64,000 nt of DNA. Source: Leucoraja ocellata (taxonomy: Eukaryota). How positions within the stretch are numbered: position 1 is the stretch's first letter; each line of letters starts with the position of its first letter. Positions 48,801 to 60,181 of the stretch are shown piece after piece. Where the stretch lies: the NCBI GenBank assembly GCA_036785375.1, contig JAWMAR010000541.1:248001-312000 (forward strand). Direction: 5' to 3'. Both the position numbers and the translations under genes were made by a program. Under the pieces are notes generated by a model. The model did not search any database and had not been told where the DNA came from. It worked only from the letters and a program-made list of their open reading frames with translations.

Positions 48801-50215
48801 ATGCTTCCTGCTTCCGTCAGGCATGATAATACAACCATATAAGGTTACTTTAAAAAATGAAAACTTTGCTGGTTCAAACAGTGAGTTAGGAAACTAGCCT
48901 CTGTATAATAAATATTAGTGATTTACACATTCTGAATGCACATGCAGGTGCTCACTGCAGATTGCAGGGAGAGCACCAAAAAAGCAGTACATTCCTATTC
49001 AGGATATTGGAAAGGGGTTTGTTTCATGTTAATGTTACATTTAATATGGTACAGATTACTGACGTTTTCCAGTCGGGTTTTTTCAACCCCGGATATCGAG
49101 TTGCAAACGATGTCTCTAACACAAGTTTCTCCCAGTATACGTATACGTAGTATGGGATATTGACATTGGGTTAACAATTTTTCACCAGAGCCAGCTACAT
49201 CCTTTAGTCATGACACTAGGATCAGCACAGCGAGGCAGACATTGCAGAAGCTGCGCTTAGATAGGATGGAAATGGCTGCAGATGCCATTACGTTTTACAT
49301 TCTGATCTACACAAGCAGAGCAGACCAAGGGTGGCAGAATTAAAGATCGTATTGCGACATACCGCACAGACTAACGTCTATGTGTGAGGGCATGTTTGCT
49401 ATATTATATCGAGGCCACTCAGCAGTGGGTTTAGCCACAAACAGTCACACAAGGGATAGTCAGTTCAGACTATTTCAATGTGGCTGAAGCAGGTTCTGCT
49501 TTTATGCACGTATAGACACTGACGATTTTACATCTCATTCCATCAGGACGGCATCAACATCAGTGGCCAGGACAATGGATGTTCTCATCATCCATATCCT
49601 CGCGACTGCAGGATGGTCCAGTGAATACATTTCAAATTGTTTTTTTTACCATAGGCTGATTGCCGACCAGGGCTGTTTTGCCCATTCTGTTTTGTGTTCA
49701 CTTTAGCCTCCCCTGACATAGAGGGGTTGCTATTGATTGCTTTATTCACATGCCATTAATACATTTGAATCAATGTTATGCTTAATTCATTATTGATTAT
49801 TCACTCATTCTGAGTCAATCGATGCAGTGAGACGCTGGGATTTGAATCTGCGGCATGAAATCACAGAGCTTTAAACTCTTCACGGAATCACTCACGTGAC
49901 TCCGAAGTAAAATAGTAAGAATAAACGAGAACTTACCAGTTAGAAGTTTGATCTTTATTTTATGAGGAGTTACGTTGGTGATTACGTGCCCACCACGCCC
50001 AACCCTCTCTCCCATAAAGATCATATTGCCGTTCTCATGTTGCTGATCTCACTATGTTACTTCAAATATTCTGTTATCTGTGATTGCATACCGCTGCTTT
50101 GAAGATTGACGTGCATGCGCACTGTCAGGTCTTCTTCACGTAATCACCAACGTAACTCCTCATAAAATAAAGATCAAACTTCTAACTGGTAAGTGTCTCA
50201 CTTAATCTTACTATT
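45844..50215 (+). mobile_element. Full-length but heavily decayed DIRS1-like element in the alpha gene intron
   Basis: Left ITR TTTTACTTCGGAGTCAC...GTGCGCATGCACGTC (45844-45904). ICR at about 49878-49988 is complementary to both ends. Right ITR plus extension at about 50108-50215. gag, MT and YR remnants lie in between. Confidence 0.88.
46428..46733. repeat. 60-61-bp minisatellite (about 5 units) inside the DIRS 5' region
   Basis: Repeated GAGCGTTGGCCTATGGTACAGGCCGCGTCAGCAGCACCTG...GGGCTGTATAATGTGT. Confidence 0.9.
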
Positions 50216-50249
50216 CAACCCTATTTCAGAGATTTATTCAACTTTAAGC

Positions 50250-51330
50250 CAAAGATAGTGTGGAAACAAGCCCTTCGGCCCAATTTGCCCATGCCAACCA
50301 ACATGCCCCATCTACACTAGTCCCACCTGCCCGCATTTGGCCCATATTGCTCTAAACCTACCCTATCCATGTACCTGTCTAAATGTTTTTTGAACATTGC
50401 GCTTGTACCTGCCACAACTACCTCCTCTGGCAGCACATACCATATACCTGTTACCTATTGTGTAAAAAAAATGCCTCTCAAGTTATTAAATATTTTCCCC
50501 TTATGCCCTCTGGTTCTTGGTTCTCCTATTTTGGGTAAAAGACCATGCACTTACCCTATATATCCATCTCCTTATCTTATACACCTGCATTAGATCACCC
50601 CACTTTCTCCTGTGTTCCAAAGAGCAGTGGAAGAGCCTGCTCAACTACTCTCTATAGCTCAGTCCCTCGAGTCCTGCCAATATCTTCTCTGCACCTTTTC
50701 CAGCTTGACAACATATTTCCTAGAACATAGTGCAAAATTGAACAGAATGCTCTAAATGTGGCTTCACCAATGTATTGTACAACTGTAACATGGCCTTCCA
50801 ACTTCCATAATCAGTACTCTGACTTATGAAAGCCAATGTGCTAAAAGCCTTCTTAACCACCCTATGTCACCCTATCAGTGATGTTTCTTACAGGCAACTA
50901 TGTAGCTGCACTCCTAGATCCATCTGCTCTATAACATTTCCCAGAGCCCTAACATTCACTTTGTAGGTCCTGCCCTGGTTAAAATGCAACACTTAAAATG
51001 CAACACTATGTTTTAACTTTCATCAACTATTCCTCAGCCCACCTGGCCAGCCAATCAAGGTCCTGCTGCAATTTCTGACAACCATCGTCACTATCTGCAA
51101 TACCACCCATTTTAGTATCATCTGCAAACTTGCTAATAATGCCATGTTTGGGATAATCTCATCCAAATGATTGATATAGATAACAGACAGCAATGGGCCC
51201 ACCACTGAACTCTGAGGCACACCACTAGTCCACGGGCCTCCAGTCCAAAAAACAACCTTCCACCATCACCCTTTGCTCTCTTCTATCAAGCCAATTTTCT
51301 ATTTATTCACCTATCACTCCTTGGAACCTA
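50250..51330 (-). mobile_element. Old CR1 RT and 3' end
   Basis: PQSSVVGPLL..YINHLD and KFADDTK-like remnants plus a CR1 tail. Confidence 0.75.
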
Positions 51331-51580
51331 CACATCACATGGGATCCAAGTCATTAAGGCATTCTATACATCCGTTTTATTTATGGAGACTTGCATGAAC
51401 TCACCAACTTCTTTGCTGAATCCTCCAACTACAAAGTCTGTTTCATTTGGGAATATTGATACAAAGTGTGCAATTACGACCTCACCTCCATCTTCTGGTT
51501 CTACTCATGAATTGCCCCTGATGTCCATAATGGGCTCTGCCCTTTCCGTTTTCTTTTATTCTTAATGTACTTACAATAGA

Positions 51581-52162
51581 ATACAATTGAGTATAGAAGT
51601 TGGGATGTAATGTTAAAATTGTACAAGGCATTGGTGAGGCCAATTCTGGAGTATGGTGTACAATTTTGGTCGCCTAATTATAGGAAGGATGTCAACAAAA
51701 TAGAGAGAGTACAGAGGAGGTTTACTAGAATGTTGCCTGGGTTTCATCAACTAAGTTACAGAGAAAGGTTGAATAAGTTAGGCCTTTATTCTTTGGAGCA
51801 CAGAAGTTTAAGGGGGGACTTGATAGAGGTCTTTAAAATGATGAGAGGGATAGACAGAGTTGACGTGGATAAGCTTTTCCCATTGAGAGTAGGGAAGATT
51901 CAAACAAGAGGACATGACCTGAGAATTAAGGGACAGAAGTTTAGGGGTAACACGAGGGGGAACTTCTTTACTCAGAGAGTGGTGGCTGTGTGGAATGAGC
52001 TTCCAGTGGATGTGGTGGAGGCAGGTTCGATTTTATCATTTAAAAATAAATTGGATAGGTATATGGACGGGAAAGGAATGGATAGGGACTAGGGGAGAAT
52101 AAGTGTTCTGGAAGGGCCGAGTTGGCCTGTTTCCGTGCTGTAATTGGTATATGGTTATATGG
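51581..52162 (+). mobile_element. 5'-truncated CR1, CAATAGA duplication on both sides
   Basis: ORF 51610-52092 ([21 protein letters not shown]). Confidence 0.88.
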
Positions 52163-54264
52163 CAATAGACTTTCCAACTTAACTTAGTCCTGTCAGCCAG
52201 TGTTTTCTCATGACCCCTCTTTTCCTTTCCAATTTCTGTTTCAAGCTCCTCCTGACACTCTTTATACTCTTGACAGGCTCTGTGTCATTAGTTCCCATCA
52301 CTATCTCCAAAATGCTCCTCCACTTGACTGGTTACATTCCCTGAGATCCAGTGCTGCTCCTTCCTCATTGGTCTACTATATACTATAGTCAAAAAACTCT
52401 CCAGGACAAACCTCAAAAATGGTGTCCTTTAACTTCCCAAGTATGAAATCTCCTAGTATCATTACACCATTTTAACATATAGCTCTGGAAAATGCCTTTA
52501 TATCTGTCCCTCTATCTCCTGTTGACTGAATCCAGTATTTCAGATTTACAGATCTTTTCCACTCACCAGATCCCTCTGTTTTCTCCCTTTGATGTAATGG
52601 TTTCTTCATGTTGTTTCTAATCCCATTATGTTTGAATCAGGTTTCTGTGTGTTACTTACTCAAAAGGTAGGCAATGCATTTAAAGACGGGGAAAGAACAG
52701 GCGAGGAAGAGGATCTTTGTTGACTCTACAGGTGTGGTGTTATGAGGACAACAATAAATTGTGCAGAGAAGGAAAGGGGTTGAGAGAAGGAACGAGAGAG
52801 GATGAGTGAAAGGAGGCGAGAGACAGAGCTGGGGAGCAGAGAGAAAGGGAAAAACAGACAGGTATGAGTGGGACAGGAGTAATAGATGGAGATGGGGAAT
52901 GGCTGAGGGACAAAGAGTGACGAGACAGACTGCAATTGCGTTTTGCACTAACTTGTTTTTTTGCGCAGCCTTGCTTAATTTTTGAGTGTCATTTATGTAT
53001 AATTTATTTTTATATATAATTTGATTTGTTTGTCATATAAGTCTATGCCCTCCAGTTTATTAATGCTTTCATACCCATGTGAAAGAACACATATTTTGTG
53101 AGTCTGGTGCAAGCAACATTTTCATTGTACATCAGAGAGAATGGGCAGCAAAAGAAAGGTGATGAGAAGACAGAATTTCTCTGTGTTCATTTCTGTTTAG
53201 TCCTTAATTCCCATTTTGTTTTTAGCTGCCCATTCTCTCTGTTGTAGGCTGTCAAAGCCAATAGAAGTAATATTTTCCACTGATAAACCAAGGGGATTAA
53301 CTTTGGGTGACAAAGTGGTGCAGTGGGTAAGGCCACAGCCTCACAACTCTGGGTTCTACAAGAACCTGGGTTCAATCGTAACCTTGTATGTGTGGACTTT
53401 GAACTTCTCCATGTGACTGTGCGGGTATTCACTAGGTACTGTTTCACCGAACATCTCAAAAACATGTGGGTTGGCAGGTTTAGTGGCTGCTGTAAATTGA
53501 CCCAACGTGTGGGTGAGGGATAGAATCTGGGGTGAGATTAGTTAACAGACTAATTGGAGAGTGCGATCGCCCTTTAGTTGTAAGGAGAAAGAGTATCAAT
53601 GATGTAACTCACTGGTTTGGCTCAATCAATGAATGTGCATTACCAGTGAAGACTTTGTAGTGTTGGATGCCGTATCCCAATTTGCAGCAGCTCAGAGTAA
53701 ATCTCCCAGCAGGAAAGATTCATTATTATGGGCACTCTGTCAGAATACACTAAAATCCCAGGACTGAAATGGTCTGGAGACACTCAAGATGGACAACTGC
53801 CTGGGGAACAATCTAATCAGAACATCCACAATATGCAGTCAGAATAGGTCCTGAACATTGCCCAGGATGTGGCCGGGAATGTGAGCCTCGTCCTCATCTG
53901 TGGTTTCTGACAACCAAGCCCGTTTCATTACTGACTGGAATTCAATCATGGCAGAGACACAGTGCTCTCCTCATCACTGTGTGGACAACATGGACAATGA
54001 CAGCTCTATTTGCCATTTGTCAACGTCTAGACTTGTTTTACAATCGCCCACCCTGGTTAAACAGCACCAGCAACCCTCACTCCATGAGCAGACACATTCA
54101 CTGGTCTTGAACCCCAGGGTACACGGTGGTACCCAGCACTCCACCTACTTGTAGCTGGAACAGAAAGCTGAGGCCTTGCTACTGGACCAGGTGAATGCGG
54201 GACCTACCACCAACCAGTCCAACCCCGCATAGAGATCAGCCCCGTTAACCTGGTCCATACTGAC

Positions 54265-54546
54265 CCCAGAAGACAGTGGTTGGCCTCTCCAGACCCTCGT
54301 GCTCCACGTGGCAGGAGTACATGTCTCCCGGGCTCGGGATGAAGCTCAGGTAGGTGAACCTCTGGAAGGTGTAATCTCTCTTCGCGTAATACTCCGTGGT
54401 GTTGATTCCCTCAGTCACAGGCTCATCGTTCCGTTTCCACTTCATGTTGATGCGCGGAGGATAGAATCCGTCAGCCAGACAGATCAAGGTGTTGGGCTTA
54501 CCCCACTCCACGGGATCCTCGGGGTACATGGCAGCCTGAGGGGGCA
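54265..54546 (-). CDS. mhc2a: MHC class II alpha chain, exon 3 (alpha2 C1-set Ig domain)
   Basis: 282-nt AG/GT-bounded, phase 1/1 exon: VPPQAAMYPEDPVEWGKPNTLICLADGFYPPRINMKWKRN...YLSFIPSPGDMYSCHVEHEGLERPTTVFW. PNTLIC, FYPP and YSCxVEH are the hallmark motifs. Confidence 0.97.
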
Positions 54547-54969
54547 CTGTGGGCAGACAGGGTGAGAACAGGTTAACCAAGGTGGACTGGACACTGAAAA
54601 ACAGAATGCAATGTGTGTGGGTGGGGAATGTAGGCAGCAGAGACCAGGACTAGTTCACAACTAACTGGCAGAGCAGAAATGCAATCACAGATTTACAATC
54701 AACAGTGGAAGCTGATAAATGGTTGGTTTATTTGTGCCCCAGCACCTGCCCTGTGGTCTTCACCGGCAGTCAGTTCCATCAGTAAACCCTGGGGACAGTG
54801 GACGGGATGTGAACGGGTCACCTGGAGCTGGAGTGTGGGCTGGGGCAGGAACTTTGGTTGTGATATCATCGTCAACCCACATCAACCAATAAATAACCCT
54901 CAATCTAGGCTGTGGGCCGAGGAGCTTTATTCTACTGTTTCGTGACCCAAGTCACAGAACTACATGAAC

Positions 54970-55553
54970 TCCCCACTCTTCCACTTCTCTCCCCTCTTCC
55001 CCACCCTCACTCCCTCCCCCACCCTCTCTCTCCCCCTCCCTCTCTCCCCCCACTCCCTTACCCTACCCTCTCTCCCTCTTCCACCACTTCCCCTACCCCC
55101 CTCTCCCACCACTCCCCCTCGCTGCCCATTCTTCCACTTATCTCCCCCCCACCATCCTTCCCCATCACCCTCCCCCACCCCTCTCTCCCCCCTCCCTCCA
55201 CACTCTTCCCCTCTCCATCCTCCATCTCTCCTTCTCCCCACCCTCTTTCCCCCCCTCGCCCCACCCTCTCACCTCCCTTTCACCCTCTCTCCTCCCTTTC
55301 ACCCTCTCCTCTCTCCTCTCCCCGCTCTACTCCCACTCCCCACTGTACTACCCCTCCCTCTCCCCACCCTGCTCTCCTCTCCCTCCCCAATCTCTCCCTT
55401 TCCTCCTCCCCATCAGGTCTCCCTCTCCCCGCCTGTGTGTTGGGGGGTGGTTAGTGTGAGTGTTATGCCGCAGCCCACCCCCCCCCCCCCCACCCCCGCA
55501 AACCCCCGGGGAAACAGACCCAACGGGTCTGCACTTGGTCTAGTCTATATATT

Positions 55554-55616
<63 letters not shown>

Positions 55617-56593
55617 TGCGTGTGTGCATGCGTGTGTGTGTCAGATTCCATTTTCAGATTAGATTTTTGGCCTTTGTTCGCCAATACCACACGCTGAAAT
55701 GCCAAGATTGTTTCCATTTCGGTAGAGATTTCACTTTGACATTCGCTAATCCACACCTCATTAAATTTCAAGTTTAAGTACACATTTTTAATAAATCCTC
55801 CCCCCCCCCCAAAAATGTCAAAATGTTAAAATAAAACAGCTCTCAACCATAGAATGTTTGTGAACGTCCATCGTGTGATGTCACAATGCCCAATGCTCAC
55901 AGATGTCCAATCGGAATATATCTCATTAACATAAGCCTTTGCTCCAGTCCCAGCCCCAGCCCCCACCCCTGCAGCCTGTGTCACGTGTGTGGGAATAGAG
56001 AAAGAGGATTGAGGGTGATAGGGAATGGGGTATAGATGGACTGCCCCTACCCCTCCCCACCCCACTCTTTCCCCCTCCCCCACCCTCCACTCTTCCCCCT
56101 CCCTCCCCTTCCCCATCTCCTTCCTCCCCTCCCTCTCTCCCCCTCCCCTCGCTCCTCCCCTCCATCTCCCCCACCCCCATCTCCCTCCTCCCCTCCCTCC
56201 CCCACACCTCTCTCCCCCTCCCTCTCTCTTCCCCCACCCCTCTCTCCCCATCCCTCTCTCTTCCCCACCCCTCTCTCCTCCCCCTCTCCCTCCATCCCCC
56301 ACCCTCTCTCCCCCCACCCCCTTCCCCTCTCTCAATCTTCCACCCCATCCCCTCGCTCCCACCACTCCCCCTACACCTCTCCCCCTCCTTCCACATATCT
56401 CCCCCCACCTCCCTCCCCACCCCTCTCTCCCCCCCTCCCCACTCTACCGCCTCTCCCTGCTCCCCCTCCTCCACTCTTGCCCCTGTCTCCCCCTCTCCCT
56501 CCCCCCCTTCCCTCGGCACTCTTCCCCCTCCCTCCACTCTTCCACCTCTCCCTCCTCCTCCCCATCCCTCACCCCTCCATCTCCCTCTCCTCA
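54970..56593 (+). mobile_element. Tandem non-autonomous Helitron-like units with polypyrimidine interiors and a (TG)n tract
   Basis: Hairpin CAGACCC-AAC-GGGTCTG (55515-55531), then 8 nt, then CTAG (55540-55543), immediately followed by TCTATATATTAA. Confidence 0.6.
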
Positions 56594-56793
56594 NNNNNNN
56601 NNNNNNNNNNNNNNNNNNNNNNNNNNNNNNNNNNNNNNNNNNNNNNNNNNNNNNNNNNNNNNNNNNNNNNNNNNNNNNNNNNNNNNNNNNNNNNNNNNNN
56701 NNNNNNNNNNNNNNNNNNNNNNNNNNNNNNNNNNNNNNNNNNNNNNNNNNNNNNNNNNNNNNNNNNNNNNNNNNNNNNNNNNNNNNNNNNNNN
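56594..56793. other. Assembly gap (200 N)
   Basis: Run of N adjacent to a polypyrimidine tract. Confidence 0.98.
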
Positions 56794-56869
56794 ATAAATT
56801 GCAGACTTGATTTTTTAAATCTCAACATTTTGTAACATTGCTACCCAGCAGCAGAAGGGCCCGAGACTG

Positions 56870-57000
56870 TGAACTCACCACAGAGCCTTGGCGTTGGCTG
56901 CACCAAGCTTGAGTGCGTCCCTCAGCACGTGGTCCTTCAGTGTGGAGCGGGGCCAGTCGGCAACAGTCCCTGACACGTGGACATCTCGCTCTGCTGGTGT
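56870..57000 (-). mobile_element. Tx1-type LINE ORF2 C-terminal fragment
   Basis: CCRLA(R)STLKDHVLRDALKLGAANAKALW after one frameshift, resembling the Tx1 C-terminus. Confidence 0.55.
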
Positions 57001-57043
57001 CAGGGCGGCCGCTGGCCTTCCTCCACCATCTCCCTCCTTCCAT

Positions 57044-57106
<63 letters not shown>

Positions 57107-57129
57107 AAAGATCTAGCTCTGCCATAAGA

Positions 57130-57500
57130 TCTTCGCTCCCTCCTTCCCGGCGCCGTCAGCGAGTGACTGAGCGCGAGCGCGCGCTGCTCGGATGCAACGG
57201 TCGGTGCGCGCGGGGCGCGGGAGGAGGGAGGGAGAGGCTGTGATTGGTGGAGCGCGGGGCGCGGGAGGAGGGAGAGAGGCTGTGATTGGTGGAGCGCGGG
57301 GCGCGAGCGGCAGGATGCGGGGGGCGGGGCTGCAGCTGCGCCGGCAGCCAATCAGCGGCGGCCAGGAGGAGGAGCACGTGAGCGGTTTGAAAGAGGCGGG
57401 TGGGGCTGTGATTGGAGGAGAGCGGTGGCGCGAGGAGCCCAACGGTGGCGGTTGGCGGTTGGCGCGAGCGGCTGCGGGCGGAGGCGAGTGCGAGGCAAGA
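57130..57500. promoter_or_regulatory. CpG island with four CCAAT boxes, a GC box and an E-box
   Basis: Dense CG dinucleotides. ATTGG at 57243, 57285, 57411; CCAAT at 57348; GGGGCGGGGC at 57321; CACGTG at 57375. Confidence 0.55.
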
Positions 57501-57509
57501 ACGGGTTGG

Positions 57510-58075
57510 ACGAGGGCGAGGGGAGGGGAGGGTGAGGGGAGAGTGAGGGGAGGGTGAGGGTGAGGGGAGGGGAGTGGAGGGCGAGGGGAGAGTGAGGGGA
57601 GGGGAGGGGAGGGTGAAACGAGGGGAGGGTGAGGGGAGGGTGAGGGGAGGCGAGGGTGAGGGGAGGCGAGGGTGAGGGGAGGGGGAGGGGAGGGGGAGGG
57701 GAGGGTGAGGCGAGGCGAGGGTGAAACGAGGTGAGGGGAGGGTGAGGCGAGGGTGAGGGGAGGGCGAGGGTGAAACGAGGTGAGGGGAGGGTGAGGGTGA
57801 GGGGAGGGTGAGGGGAGGGCGAGGGTGAAACGAGGTGAGGGGAGGGCGAGGCGAGGCAAGAACGGGGAGGGTGAGGGGAGAGTGAGGCGAGGGGAGGGTG
57901 AGGCGAGGGGAGGGCGAGGGGAGGGTGAGGGGAGGCGAGGGTGAGGGGAGGCGAGGGTGAGGGGAGGGTGAGGGGAGGACGGGGAGATGGTGAGGGAGGG
58001 GAGAATGAGGCGAGGGGAGAGTGAGGCGGTGGCGAGGGGAGGGGAGGGGAGGGGAGAGTGAGACGAGGGCGAGGC
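57510..58075. repeat. G/A-rich low-complexity (GAGGGT/GAGGGG)n tract; related (TCACCC)n at 57043-57105
   Basis: Direct inspection. Confidence 0.9.
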
Positions 58076-58385
58076 GGCGCGAAGCCCGGGTGGGTGGAGG
58101 ATGTGGGCAACGGGGCGGCTGGTCCGGGGAATGTGTGGACCGATGGGGACGGCGGCATCAATATAAAGAGCGGGAGGTTGGATTTGGAGTCATCGATCTC
58201 TACAGCATGAAAAACAACACTTCGGCCCATCTTGTCCATGCCGAGCAAGTTGGAATATTGGGTTAGTTTTAATTAAGTTTAATATCAGTACTGGATGCCA
58301 CATATGCAGTGAACATACAATAACGGATTATTGGGGGGATGTTGTCTGTCATTGCCGATTGTCCGCAATAAACGCATATGGTATA

Positions 58386-59025
58386 GATTCAGATTCAATT
58401 TTAATTGTCATTGTCAGTGTACAGTACAGAGACAACAAAATGCATTTAGCATCTCCCTGGAAGAGCGACATAGCAAACGATTTGAATAAATAATAATAAG
58501 TGTCCGGGGGGGGGGGGGGTGATTGGCAGTCACCGAGGTACGTTGTTGAGTAGAGTGACAGCCGCCGGGAAGAAGCTGTTCCTCGACCTGCTGGTTCAGC
58601 AACGGAGAGACCTGTAGCGCCTCCCGGATGGTAGGAGGGTAAACAGTCCATGGTTGGGGTGAGAGCAGTCCTTGGCGATGCTGAGCGCCCTCCGCAGACA
58701 GCGCTTGCTTTGGACAGACTCAATGGAGGGGAGCGAGGAACCGGTGATGCGTTGGGTAATTTTCACCACCCTCTGCAATGCCTTCCGGTCGGAGACAGAG
58801 CAGTTGCCATACCATACTGTGATGCAGTTGGTAAGGATGCTCTCGATGGTGCAGCGGTAGAAGTTCACCAGGATCTGAGGAGACAGATGGACCTTCTTCA
58901 GTCTCCTCAGGAAGAAGAGACGCTGATGAGCCTTCTTGATCAGAGTAGAGGTATTGTGGGTCCAAGAGAGGTCATCGGAGATGTTGACTCCCAGGAACCT
59001 GAAGCTAGAAACACGTTCCAACCTC
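58386..59025 (-). mobile_element. Rex1/Babar LINE 3' fragment
   Basis: ERVSSFRFLGVNISDDLSW, FYRCTIESIL and LLPSGRRYRS motifs with a (GAATCT)n tail. Confidence 0.9.
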
Positions 59026-59143
59026 CAATAGGGAGGTTTCACTGCGGTGGGGTCACGACCCATGACCCGACTGTTGCTACACTACTCCAAATCAAAGACT
59101 ATAGAAGATCTATAAAGGATCTATAAAGACTCTATAATCTTTG

Positions 59144-60181
59144 TAGGTATGTTGCAAAACCTACCTGAAGCGTCGCTGAGAATCTGCCCCAGCCCGTGTG
59201 TGTGATTTTGACGCTGTTTTGAGGGGGCGGGTTTAAAACGCGATTTTTACTAGGCTGTTGCAATCGAAAATGTACAGCCTAGTAAATCATTAACGAAAAA
59301 TCGCTGAAAGACCCCGTCGCAAAAGGTCATATTAGTTTTTATGGCCTTGTATAATAGTCATAGTAGTTTGAAAATCACTCTCTCAACCCACGACCTCTCG
59401 CAGCCCCAGGGTTTTATAAAGCAAACAATTAAAGGTATGTACCTTATTTTTACATTAAAAAGGGCTTCTTAAGAACCCTTTATACAAAGTTTACTATAGC
59501 GAGTAGCTCATTTTGGCCCCATTATATCCCGCAGTATTTTTCTGGGTATTTGAGGCACAAATCTACCGCAATGTGAACGTTGTAAACCAGCGCATTCACA
59601 GGAACCCACTAGAAAGCCGATTTAAATGGACTTTAATTTACAGCAATTGAACACTAAATTCCTTCCATTTGGCCTATAAATTAATGTAAATGAGATTTCA
59701 AAATCATGTTTTATTGTGAATTATTTATGAATATTATTTGGACACTTAGGCTATTTAAAAACGTTAATCATTTATTAAGAAATGGATAGATGTTTAGATC
59801 TAGTAATTGAAGTTTGAAATTTGCTACACTTGGGTAGCTAACTAATTATTAGCTTTAATTTCAGGTTATCCAAGTTAGATTATTTTATGTTTGTTTCAGA
59901 ATGGTTCAATCTACGATAACTGAAAATTTCATTCAGTTCTCTTAATTTTTAAGAAGGTTATGGCCTTTTGACTGTCCACGATCACAGCTTTTTTGTTATG
60001 TCCATAGAAAATCAATAGGGAACAAGATGCTAATTTCCGAGTATGAAAATGGCCATAACTTTTTAAATACTTGAGATATGAAAGTGAATTAGGTGTAAAA
60101 TTAAACTTATTGTTATGCTTTATCTGATGGGATAAATTGCAGACTTGATTTTTAAAATCTCAAAATTTTGTAACATTGCTA
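59144..60181. mobile_element. Putative non-autonomous TIR (hAT-like) element; a second right end lies at 56794-56843
   Basis: Imperfect TIR TAGGTATGTTGCAAAA vs TAGCAATGTTACAAAA (13/16 match); AT-rich, no ORF; no TSD seen. Confidence 0.5.

Noticed and set aside
53305-53390. tRNA-like A/B boxes
   Set aside because: This is the head of a SINE with no cloverleaf, not a tRNA gene.
54912-58266. Long Pro-rich or Gly/Glu/Arg-rich ORFs
   Set aside because: Artefacts of polypurine/polypyrimidine low-complexity DNA and N runs.
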